A stretch of DNA of 64,000 nt from an archaeon (lineage in GTDB: Archaea > Nanobdellota > Nanobdellia > Woesearchaeales > GW2011-AR15), in the NCBI GenBank assembly GCA_043801855.1, contig JAZDLQ010000098.1, positions 2,356 to 66,355 of the forward strand, given 5' to 3'. The notes beneath the pieces were generated by a model, which saw nothing but the letters and a program-made list of their open reading frames with translations, did no database searches and was not told the DNA's origin. This document shows positions 56,901 through 63,500 of the stretch, in pieces. Each line of letters starts with the position of its first letter. The first letter of the stretch is position 1. A program made the position numbers and the translations under genes.

Positions 56901-56967
56901 GAAGATAAGAAATCCTATATGCAAACTTTTTATCAATTGAAAATTTAAATATCTTTCTGGCTGACAA
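44941..56967 (-). CDS. Giant secreted/surface protein (4008 aa) built from many Ig-like/beta-sandwich repeats
   Basis: Uninterrupted 12,027-nt ORF. TTG start 56967 is preceded by GAGGGAG. N-terminal hydrophobic anchor 'ISYLLIAALFFVAAIPVFSS'. Recurrent repeat families (e.g. '...V.FYY.....W...C.D...PY.C.W.....PDG.NY...A.ANDT.GNIG.N'), and a DUF2341-like 'WWNSSWEKRKPIYL' segment. Confidence 0.8.
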   Translation of the reverse strand: MSARKIFKFSIDKKFAYRISYLLIAALFFVAAIPVFSSDGNLLTSEKEIIAIGYDNLLQGSNIKIILNLPELQNISLRVISPNRVYRFDSIPAIELSLPLKSSGKYIIEAFNGTILIDSMEFYTSGTSQQKFPDNNSINKLDGKPDDDKPDDDKPDDEIIMQAEILTDKQEYKKSETVFISIKSNNLSDTELVISSSSRTYRMEELFESISFIPKDSGFYELSLIKNNLMIANASFYVGEKTEPIIPEQDDSALSINKTDVALDNEAINQSLNENSSIEGLVILPNVTIGNTSDINVSEKIILTDASGKNISFEINYDPLMDTVGGSDLELEPFPQKSVSISALPPIFSGKRNFTIKTDAIKGMNVKFTGVDSSKRFNLKIDSLPKGAYSEKSKFSLREFAIDPTEANFEEAEIKGAALGTQLWKCPGWNFTERTCYGSWHKIMDLIPGQEYSINISHNDPAFVEVGVASINTEKSLYHPGESVKLTIVALDKFGYLSENANVTLSIISPNNITYELSTDYGSIIKKSKGIYEATFSEPQIIGEYSLYVLATGQNLNQTVLTNFEVRDFFEFDIIRKMPHVIDPWHGTYEAKLNIIPKIDVLEYSIREKIPESFDVFEYGNAVLEAGNGSTYLIWSNLTKNSLVSYRFNSPKESPALYEIGPSEISYGNNIFEEARPWFIAIDPRAVSAIVVYKDTTNANIIKYALWNSSDNTMGIEQSGPNLNSVPAWQKIRCLRDRPECLYLSNQLDNSIDFLIYYENNNSWSNNLTLGVVDNNYVQFDVECEDLSGNCLIVYETVAGNNNQFSYRIYNATSGVLSGATAVTVSDAFNFEFRFINLYPKYGSNDIGIVLQNEQTNGGEYEAAIWNGTAFDNWQELFNDNPDVARQTSSCAWEGVSGELMCFLGRDAVDGMWAYEFNGTTWNDLGRIWNNTDLGAEVRIIDTCGETPVTGNLPHDKIIVMSTDQDSDRDGTYWNGTELIVDGAPSQDSSTLLGIDSNAACQWEHDGNTAVLTWADAGAEGVTPEWGRFLGATDRFDFADWQTGDLTGMSKTNNLTSSMRLILNPENDQMLFTSLSLSYGAVSPTQFHCTRWTGTTFDNTSCGMIEPTVTIDTAGNREYYGYASLDYSRYNAPPNISSLNFPQNGSNISSMPINFNFTVSDDIGLANCSIYLNNSGWSIIASSSNIENNIPTNISYAIGTDGAYEWNVFCIDNSNPSKSDWFTYNYTFTLDKTPPIVQSILFSSVESIINTPVNINATIVDMLGIDRVIFSVTLPNSTTLNYSISDPNFDNVYLLSFADTTLLGTYNFSIFANDTLGNSNITENLFFNVTLGALGIATDKPQYVENEYAVITGRGFIPGNNISLSIFDPSGDPVLGYPINATVNATGNFEENFLVDAGFLVGIYALNATDLIDSSFSANATLEVVLAVIEANITITEQGSWINISGYQWDPGEIVEVNITNPNGDIVYGPSSLSADLGGFVSELWFLDFDYIVGEYTIFAYEPNDPGKYDQYTFSITQRQTFLQLDRSWVRRRQLLNATGSRFSNLTSLEFNVYDETGAVMPDYPVYLQTNESGEFNYTINTDGYEIGNYTINATDATYEHLSSEVFFAVVGVNISTDQNVYDDLETVLISGLYWDSSSTITLDIINSSGSSESGYPKNVTANAEGVISSSWTARAIGFAATSFNVSAYDFNNPTDAVSLNITVLKTATIATDKNYYLSLELVNISGRSFSPDNNVSVSIFSVDNGGIARGYPRLIQTDAIGQMNFTWNISEYCGGTYKVTGTDVVYPNVLNASDTFVVRDWWNSSWEKRKPIYLSNALSEPKIDMPIYVNITGLGGYIRNCENETRVVSTITGVAVPFNIYGGDNSTYCDIIFIGNISALAINESNYYFYYNNSLASNPNYTQIPLLEMQLMYEDFEDAPWASPLSQVRLATCTTGDNCTRYSPWSDFNGCDNRGTDYFLCSEDSAYAGTAAFQMEDWDTFDAARGLWYTFDPRIACSGQQCFDVKISWYGFYGSLEATEYCRVWARDGTLTNAQLYQCDGGATDCNCEDASTYKGYACNTYATAPLSTLYDPYSATIINNTAINLNAQAIEIHLGAKSNNAGDLCWWDNFNITGYHLWSANVTSFSGDFQEFFTCDAFDIAAPNTTISSPVDYYNTTNATPVVNFTLIDDIDIALSYFIYVDGRRNGQNGSAVNGTPVILELNSLSQGNHTYRIEAADAFNNKLNSTIKNLIVDYNGPNVLFGYPRNFTNISVNEIIINATANDSYTDVDTVFFYYKENQTNDSVLICEDGREPYQCTWNTTLLPDGRNYQLIAIANDTVGNIGANHTLYNITIDRQGPVILIDYPQANGNITYQTMIVNATVNDNNSQIGAVRFYYRFNSTSALSQICIDTTYPYQCSFSTIPLSEGMNYEIIAFANDSLGNIGVNDTEISLALDKFIPTVKNITITPNPQKLGYSVIISANVTDSLGVDGVNAIIALPNASVYEIALLDDDFDSIYSGIFDGNILIGIYNVTIYAIDILEKINSTEKASYIVQPQDSYLFTDKEDYIEGETVRIIAGGFSSQSNINITLYNTTFDIVSGYPKTIISNLTGDITDTWLVPEFSALGQYSLNATDEANTNLSANVSFTIVSSIIESPFQSYQQGDIITFIGYNWEPDSNVTINITNNENSIIFGPLNYTANATGYFNFTWQSLYNLSSGAYKIYAIDADIGLKNDDFTFTIENRSVEIFADYSWYKEGDNITISGHGFSSDSVILLDIYDSSFNRLPSYPKEILSNSTGSINDSLLVLEFGISNYTINATDTNYSNLFNTSVFSIVRQELSKNKDSYVVGETVYFTGAYWKRNSKITLNITNSTGQNISGYPKNVTATADGAITDLWLTRVSSQNVAEYNLSAYNPNDRKENISIGFTVLRIATLDTNLDEYDQSNTINITGNYYTASGIGRLLISTINRSLFAGFFPKNILFNNEGSINHIFNTSDICEGEYFIQSFDDTVSSLNANATFNVTHLYQNTSAHNAAESAKEQSYNIAGGSVSSTSSLDNVYEYIGGADYATNFQGFINYTFNLSATGIDVPRIQNFSITMDYCHSGAQLNPLCGAGLPHEGATTGSQDFMIYNFSASVWQNMTSLPVSDSSDARRRFELKINRSFNDFISNYTVKIRIKLNFTQAGFSDDALLIDYLAINVTHKSHLSKPCTPFTDKYLSLRNLRPDLSAYSPRVFIKNATGTILDNVTGDYFRYITLPNISVLSIFSLSKGVLNYEIFNISMSAPVNLTPVISENYSFSLPQNIINITPLISINDSLINYTKASLAIPKSGLDVNTIMHCTDFNFSNGVCNIFELNETSEYPFYENTTHFLINVTGFDSFGGGAGRTLPNITSISVYNVTGNIDSHTGGTFVSQGLNTTFTLIPGNTYRMEFAIYNSGRRWALASNDQIYHRGLNSSWGLNASGDIWYRLSDGTNRSSGNFSNGNVTWNASKGGFLNAGATGYFYYVVNISVNHSARYPVYFYLNDTSYASGSTDASIFNLPDTITPYAIINYPQNHLNISRSFINFNWTPIDDLSSNLTCNLTIDGTTNATIISQRNLAVNYTISGFNEGGHFWNVSCFDLSNNTNATQTYNFTIDLAGPQTNITNPVNYTNITQNTFVLSATAIDSLLNVDTVKFYYKILSNSSWEFACSDNRQPYSCTWNLALVPDGLNYEVMANANDTVGNIGANSTAYNITIDRKGPHHVEININDDNVSVRINWTSALDADSYSIYTTTNYSQGFSDTPETSEITDLNWTDSTGISQKKYYLVAAVRGGQTGNATEIAGIQTLEIDIGWNLISIPFNLSNWLLYNGTNNGVDIFTYPDNCILSLWRYNSSDKAFERLDHSADEWHRGVGSYEFKTLGPQKGYWAEADSVCNVSFAGIVPIYNLTAPLIMEWNVVGWHSARIPQLYNESSLNPIDVSPQHSVTTIVKYDNIADLFEAAFRVYYPGYGAWWLPSFSLKPFEGYYFEAAQNGTWTIDPNKGT
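56495..56539 (-). repeat. 15-bp tandem repeat x3 encoding (KPDDD)3 inside the giant ORF
   Basis: TCATCATCAGGTTTA at 56495-56509 and 56510-56524, and TCATCATCAGGCTTG at 56525-56539. The protein reads GKPDDDKPDDDKPDDE. Confidence 0.8.
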
Positions 56968-57255
56968 AAATGTTCTCCCTCTTTTGACATTGAAATCTAG
57001 ACTGCCAATTATTGAGTGATAGAATCTAACTTTTGCAAAAAGTGATGTTACTAACGGTTATTATCTCTTTGCAAACACTCGCTTTGATGCTTTTTTGTTA
57101 TGTAAAAAACACATCAAACTAAATTGGCAAATCTCTCTCGCCATTCCCCCTCATATTTTAAAAGAAACCAAGCTTATAAAACTTGTTATTTTCATGAGAT
57201 AGAATAGAGAAGAAAAAACAAAAAAAATGCAAAAAAGAAAACAGGAAAAAGATTC

Positions 57256-58188
57256 CTAGCTTAAACTAGCTGTAAAAAGAAGGTTACCCTGGCAAACGCC
57301 GCCAGCACTTAATGGAACTTTTAGCTTAAAAAAAGTCGTGTTCTGGCTTATAATGTTTTCATCAGTTGCCTTTGAGACATATAAATCACGCATCATAACT
57401 CCTGATCCTGTCAACGGAGTCATACCTATATTCCAGTCTTGGCCTGAGGTTATGTTATACCTTACATATGTTGCAGGAATATTTCCTTCTTCGCAAACCA
57501 TCGCAAGGTTATCTCCAAGAGCTAAACCATAGCCTGATACTGATAAGTTGACAGCAATATTTCCTGCATTTGTTATATTTGCTTCCTTGTCTGTTGATGT
57601 GTCTCCAAAAGTTAAGTCACCGAAGCGAAGCACTGTATTTACTGGAATATAAATTGCAACAAGTGGATTAATTGTTACTGCATTTGATATGTTTGTTGCA
57701 GCTGCTGCGTTAGAATCAATTGCTGTCGCATTAGCACGCCATGTTCCGTTATTTGCAAAGTAAATTACATTAAAGCCACAGGCAAACTCCATCTCTGTAT
57801 CATTCTCATCATTTGTTGTGCATGTTGTATTTGTATAGTGTGTATTTTTGTTGTCAGGCTCATTTGTCCTGTTTTGAAAATAAAAAAATGTCGCATTGAC
57901 TGACTCTGTGTTATTATCATAATCAAAAACAGTCACGTTGCAGATAAAAGACATGTTGCCATATGCTTCAAGGTTGATAGTTGACGGGCAGACAACTGAC
58001 CTCACATCAGGCGCAGCGTTTGTGATATTTACAGTCATGTTAAGGGTCTGGTTAACATCGGCTGACGCAAATGTTGGGCTGAATAATAATGACAGCCATA
58101 GCAGTGCAATGAAAACTAAAGACATCAAAAATAAGATATAGTTTTTTCCCCTCGACAAAATACTCCCCCCGATTATAGGCTGATGCAC
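57256..58188 (-). CDS. Secreted sequon-rich protein carrying the shared about 270-aa two-domain module (paralog A)
   Basis: Paralogous to 59631-60590 and to the C-terminus of the 1367-aa protein. The longest ORF starts at GTG 58188. A TTG at 58158 preceded by GGGGGGAG gives a clean signal peptide (SRGKNYILFLMSLVFIALLWLSLLFSPTFASA). Confidence 0.6.
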   Translation of the reverse strand: MHQPIIGGSILSRGKNYILFLMSLVFIALLWLSLLFSPTFASADVNQTLNMTVNITNAAPDVRSVVCPSTINLEAYGNMSFICNVTVFDYDNNTESVNATFFYFQNRTNEPDNKNTHYTNTTCTTNDENDTEMEFACGFNVIYFANNGTWRANATAIDSNAAAATNISNAVTINPLVAIYIPVNTVLRFGDLTFGDTSTDKEANITNAGNIAVNLSVSGYGLALGDNLAMVCEEGNIPATYVRYNITSGQDWNIGMTPLTGSGVMMRDLYVSKATDENIISQNTTFFKLKVPLSAGGVCQGNLLFTASLS

Positions 58189-58344
58189 TTATAAATTTAT
58201 AATAACTATTATAATATGCAAATGAAATTGCAACTTAAATATTGCACAAATAATAAATGCAATCAAACCCCCTATTAACTAAAATGCATAACCCCTTAAT
58301 AAATATTATGGAAATAACGAACATGATAGATATTATGATTTTAG

Positions 58345-59121
58345 TTATCTATTACCATTTATTCTATTAATTGTTATATCTAAGAAAGATTTTTCTTTTT
58401 CAATCCCAATATATTTTCTTCCTAGATTTATTGCTGCTACTCCAGTTGTGCCAGAGCCATTAAATATGTCCAAAACCAAGTCGCCAATATTTGTAGAAGA
58501 AGAGATTATTCGTTTCAATAGTTCTAGAGGCTTTTGTGTTGGATGCCTTCCGGTTTTTTTTTCAGAAAGCGGAGTAATTGGTATTGACCAAACGCTTCTC
58601 ATCTGTTTACCTGGATTATTTATCTTATCTTTGCTTACATCCCAATTTTTCATTAATCCATAATTGAATGTATGTCTGGAACGTTTTGATTTTTTAGCCC
58701 ACAGAACGGTCTCATGGCTGTGCGTAAAATACCTACAAGCAAGATTAGGCGGGCCGTTTGGCTTAAACCAGACAACCTCATTCATTATAAAATATCCAAG
58801 TTTTTCAAGGGCGAAGCCTACCTTGTAGATATTGTGATGTGTTCCGGATATCCATATTGTGCCATCATCATGTAAAACTTTCCTGCAAGCATCTAGCCAT
58901 CTCATCGTAAAATTGAAATCAATTTCATGGCCACTTGACTTATCCCAATTGCCCTTATTTACGCAAACCATCTTTCCTGCTTTACATGTTACTCCGCCAT
59001 TCGAAAGGAAGTACGGCGGGTCCGCGAATATCATGTTGACAGATCTTTCTTTAAGGTAAGGAAGAATGAGGAGGCAGTCTCCCTCATATAAAACAAAACT
59101 ATCATCCGAGTAATAAGTCAT
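58345..59121 (-). CDS. Beta-class N6-adenine (or N4-cytosine) DNA methyltransferase, DpnA/M2.DpnII-like
   Basis: Motif IV 'IFADPPYFLSNGG' precedes motif I 'LDIFNGSGTTGVAA' (beta order). Also 'NLACRYFTHSHETVLWA' and 'RHPTQKPLELL'. The overall pattern matches my recollection of DpnA. Confidence 0.85.
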   Translation of the reverse strand: MTYYSDDSFVLYEGDCLLILPYLKERSVNMIFADPPYFLSNGGVTCKAGKMVCVNKGNWDKSSGHEIDFNFTMRWLDACRKVLHDDGTIWISGTHHNIYKVGFALEKLGYFIMNEVVWFKPNGPPNLACRYFTHSHETVLWAKKSKRSRHTFNYGLMKNWDVSKDKINNPGKQMRSVWSIPITPLSEKKTGRHPTQKPLELLKRIISSSTNIGDLVLDIFNGSGTTGVAAINLGRKYIGIEKEKSFLDITINRINGNR

Positions 59122-59131
59122 GACCCGACAC

Positions 59132-59190
59132 GATCAGATCGATCGGATCATTGATCCTTATAAATATGATCTTGTTACTAATCAATGATC
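59132..59190. promoter_or_regulatory. Cluster of seven GATC sites in 59 bp directly upstream of the methyltransferase start codon
   Basis: GATC at 59132, 59137, 59141, 59146, 59153, 59168 and 59187 (first bases). A TATA-like TTATAAATAT (59158-59167) is embedded in the cluster. Confidence 0.6.
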
Positions 59191-59208
59191 AGTTTTCTTA
59201 TAGATGCC

Positions 59209-59601
59209 TCACCCCATGAATTGAATAATTCCTTTATCACGCAATATTTGGAGCTGCTGCCTGATTTTCTCTTCAATGTGGCTATTATTTGGATGTAATA
59301 CTGCAAAATCTTTTTTATAATGATATAATTCTTTCAACTCAAATTCTTTTTTATTAAGTTTTTCAATACAATTTAAAACATCTGTAATCCAGCTTACCTG
59401 ATTGTTTTTTATATCTTTTAAGAAGGAAAATCTTTTTACTTTTTCATAGACTTTTTTCCTTTCTACAATTATCCCTTTTTCTATTATCGGAATTTTTGCG
59501 TCTGTCGGAATTGTCTGCATTAAAAAATAACAGCCAACCCACCCATGCCTTCTTGCAGTGTTTGATAACTGATTTCTTTTTTCAACAACTTTCTTTTTCA
59601 A
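59209..59601 (-). pseudogene. DpnI-family restriction enzyme remnant: C-terminal half only (winged-helix methyl-GATC reader), catalytic N-terminus missing
   Basis: 'TARRHGWVGC', 'VLNCIEKLNKKEFELKELY' and 'NSHIEEKIRQQLQILRDKGIIQF' match my memory of the DpnI C-terminal portion. The ORF opens with TTG right after an in-frame TAA, and the first ATG is codon 28. Confidence 0.65.
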
Positions 59602-59630
59602 AATTATAAGTAAAAAAATAAAAAAAATCC

Positions 59631-60590
59631 TTAATAAAGGCTTGCTGTAAACATCACTTTTCCCTGGCAGATGCCGCCAACTCCAGTTGGAATCTTAAGC
59701 TTCCAGTATGTCGTATTCATGCTTGGGCTATTTTCATTTGTTGTCTTATTTATATTCCAGTTTCGGATTAGAGTATTTGTTGAGTTTAACCCTAACATTA
59801 CTGTTTCGTAGTTTTGGTTTGGGTTGATATGGTATTTCTGGTATCCGATAGGAATTGAGCCATAGCTGCATACCATGCTTAAGTTATCTCCTCTTGTTGT
59901 ACCCCAACCCTGGATACTTACATTAACCCTGATGTTCCCAGCGTTTGTTACATTTGCAAGCTTATCTGTTGAGATATCGTTGTAGTTCATCTCACCGTAA
60001 TTAAGCACAGTATTATCTGGTATGTAAAGCGCGATAAGTGGATTGATCCTTAATGAGCTAGACCTGTTATCTCCTGTTGCAGTCCCTACATCTTCTGCTG
60101 TTACATTGCTATACCATGTTCCGTTATTGGTAAAATACGCAACATTAAATCCGCATGTAAAATTCATGTAGAAATCCTGCTGCGTATCATTAGAGCACGT
60201 AACATTAGTATAATGGGTGTTCTTATCATTCGGCTGATCTGTCCTATTCAAATAATAATAAAATGTCGCATTTACTTTAGCTGTATTATTATCATAGTCA
60301 TATACTGTGACATTGCATAAAACAGTGGTGTTTCCATAAGCATCAAGGTCAACTGTAGAGGGGCATACAACTGATCTCACTTCTGGAGCTGAATTTGTAA
60401 CATTCACCGTAGTATTTAGTGTTTGATTCACTGCAGCACCGTTTGCAGCAATCGATATTTCAGGCATAAATAGTATATACACCCATATTACAAATACAAA
60501 CCCCAGCATCACTATAGACAATAAGGTTTTCCAGTCTTTTTTCCTTTTCATTGATTTCCCCTCCATTTTTTCTATTTTGATTTTTTTCAT
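59631..60590 (-). CDS. Secreted sequon-rich protein carrying the shared two-domain module (paralog B)
   Basis: Aligns by eye along its full length with 57256-58188 ('NQTLN.TVN.TN.AP.VRSVVCPST..L.AYGN', 'DKNTHYTN.TC', 'CQG...FTASL'). The probable start is ATG 60551, preceded by GGAGGGG. Confidence 0.6.
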   Translation of the reverse strand: MKKIKIEKMEGKSMKRKKDWKTLLSIVMLGFVFVIWVYILFMPEISIAANGAAVNQTLNTTVNVTNSAPEVRSVVCPSTVDLDAYGNTTVLCNVTVYDYDNNTAKVNATFYYYLNRTDQPNDKNTHYTNVTCSNDTQQDFYMNFTCGFNVAYFTNNGTWYSNVTAEDVGTATGDNRSSSLRINPLIALYIPDNTVLNYGEMNYNDISTDKLANVTNAGNIRVNVSIQGWGTTRGDNLSMVCSYGSIPIGYQKYHINPNQNYETVMLGLNSTNTLIRNWNINKTTNENSPSMNTTYWKLKIPTGVGGICQGKVMFTASLY

Positions 60591-60598
60591 TTTTTATT

Positions 60599-63500
60599 TT
60601 ATTTTTTTATTGACGATATGATTGTAACTAATTCTTCTTTTGTTTTTGCCATTTGTATTGCCTCGCCAAGGCCTGGCATATGAAATACGCTTGCAATCCA
60701 GTTTGCAAAATCGTTTTTCTGATTATTTACATGATTGTAAAATGTTGCTTCATCAAGCTCAGGCACAATACTGAAAAACTCCTCAATGCTTCTTATTACA
60801 TCCCCATTGCTCAGGAAAAAATACTGGCTTGGGCTTGTAATAAGATTATAGTCAAGCACAATATGATTTAATGACTGCGCTGCTGCAATATTTCCCGCAA
60901 CACTTGGCGTTTGTTTGTTTTCGTGCACTTCGATTTTTATTTCCGGCGGCTGAATTGGCACTAATTTTTCCTGAACAAATGTTTTTTGCTCATTTGACAA
61001 AGCCTGACCTACTGGTACTGCTTCCTGCTCGCCTTTTTTGTTTGGAATAAATCTAGCCATTATTTCTCCTACTTTTCCAAATTTAACTTCCTGGATTGCT
61101 ACAAGATAATATAGCAAGAGCGAAACAAGAAGGCCTACGCCTGCAAGCATAAATAGTGTTTGCATTAATCCATAAGGAGATATTCTTGATATCTGCGATA
61201 CGAACCCAGTCACCAGATTGCTTGATGGCTTAATTACAGATTCAGGCCGAAGCAGCACAACAGTTTTTGTGTTTTTAGCGCTCTCGCTTGTATCCTCTGT
61301 CAGAATAAAATACTTTATTTCAAACTGGTCATACGAAAGCTTTACAAGATTCCATCCAACAATAGGGTCCTGCTTAATTATTACATAATCTGGTGTTTTT
61401 ATATCAACTGTCCCAAGGTCTGAGGCAACAGTTTTTGGGATTATTTCAAGGAGCTTTACATTAGTTAGCTCTTCAGGGCTTTCATAAGTCACTTTTTTTG
61501 TGACAAGAACCCTTCCTTCTGTATTGCCAAACAGATAAACAATCGAAAGTGTCTTTATTTCTGAAGTTATCTTGATATTTCCTGAAAATGCATAGATTTT
61601 TTCCTTATAATATTTTAATTGTGAATTTGTATAGTTTGTGTCCCTTGTCACTTCTGCAACAGCTTCATCGACATCTGCATTTGATATTGGCTGGACAAGT
61701 TCAGTTTTTTTAACTACATCAAGCTTTTGAGGAGTTGTTTTTTGCAGGTTATTAACTATTGATTTAGCGCGCGAAATGTGCTGTAATAAATCAGCATTTG
61801 TGTAAGTTAATGGATTGATATCCTTAAACTGGGCTTTTAGTTTTGATAATTCTCCTTTTGCATCCAATACTTTTTTAACAAGAGCAAGCTCATCAATTGC
61901 TGACTCTTTTCCTTTCTGCTCATTTAGCGCGTTTTCCGCCCAGTTTATATCTATCTCAAGCTTTTCTATACTTTTTAATGTCTTATTGAAATCTATTAGC
62001 GTATCATATTTTGGAACATCAACATTTGCTAATGCAGCTGTTGCTGCGCCTGATTTTGCAGCAAGCTTTGATACTTCCCTTGACAATGGGCCGATATTTC
62101 CTGCTTTATCAACTGCTGCGACCTTATAATAATAAGTGGTTCCTGCAATTACTTCTTCATCTGTAAATTCATCATCTGCTGTTTTTTTGAAATAATGTAT
62201 ATAGTCAACCCCGCTTGAGGCTGACCTATACACATTAAAATTCTCCTCTTCTTCCCCATCGTAATACCATTTAATCTGAATATTGCCATCACTATCTGCC
62301 TGTGCATCGATGCTTCTGACATCTGTTGGGGGAATTGTATCAACAAGGAAATTTTTGCCCTCAGTTATTTCAGTTCCAACTATTCCTGTCAAATCTGTTC
62401 CGCTAAAGCTAAACACGCCAACTCTTGGCAGGTCTGATTTTTCAATAACCATATAACCAGAATAATATCCTGAAGCCTTTATTAACGAAATTTCCCTTGT
62501 GAATGTATTTGAATCAGTAAATGAATAGCTTAATTTTGGGATTGAGCGCAGTGTTTTTGAAGTGTCAAGCCTTATTTCAATTATTCCAGCTTTTACTGGC
62601 GATATGTCGCTTAAGGTTATTTTTGCAGCAGGTGCTTTTTCATATTTAATAATAATTTCACGCTCTGCAAAATTGCCGTTAGAGTCTTTGCATAAAATAT
62701 AATATTCATTTTCGCCAAGGTCAAGGCCTTCAACTACAGTACTGAAGCTTGTCTCTTCTGAATTTTCAAATTCATCAAGATCGCTAAATTTATCATTGTC
62801 AGTGCCATATCTGCACTCTGCTTTTTTTGCTGTTGTTATGCTTAGAAGCGTATAATCTGTTGTTGTTGTAAGTGAAGAAGTCACTTGAATTTCAGGAATT
62901 GTTGTGTCAATTATGAATTTTAGTTCAATTGCATTTGGAAGCAGGTTTTCCTGGCTGTCTTTGCATTGTACAAATACTGTATGCGCTCCCTGCGAGATAG
63001 GTGTAAGGAAAGTATACTCGTGAGTTGTTGCTGCGCCATAGAATATAAAGTCCATGGCATCATAAGCTTCATTTGCATCAAGAGAGCCTTTGCATACAGA
63101 ATCTTTGTTTGTGGTTACTTTTATTGTTGGTGTTGAGTCAAGAAGGACTGGAACGCTTTCGCTGCCTGATGAATTTATCCTTGCGCCTTCAATTAAAGTT
63201 GCATTCACAAGCAATAATGCCTGGCCATGCACAATTACTGTTGAGTATGCATTATTATCTAATGTTGTTGCCTTATAGCCGTTTGCGCTTGTAAAATTGA
63301 CATAAGCGTAGTAAACCCCATCATGCGGGTTATTGCACTGCAATATCCAGGTGGGAACCGTGCCTGACACTGAGTTTACTGCTATGTCGCCTATGTTAAT
63401 TGACTGAGGAGTTATGAATGAAAGGCCGCTGTTTCCTGTTACATATAATGTTGCAGCAACAGAAGTTAGTGGAACACTCTCAAGGTTTCTTATTCCTGTT

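Noticed and set aside
58219-58290. Repeated TTGCA/ATGCA motifs upstream of the 310-aa gene as periodic regulator sites.
   Set aside because: The spacings (12, 14, 15 and 27 bp) are irregular and the motif is only 4-5 nt. This is compatible with chance in AT-rich DNA.
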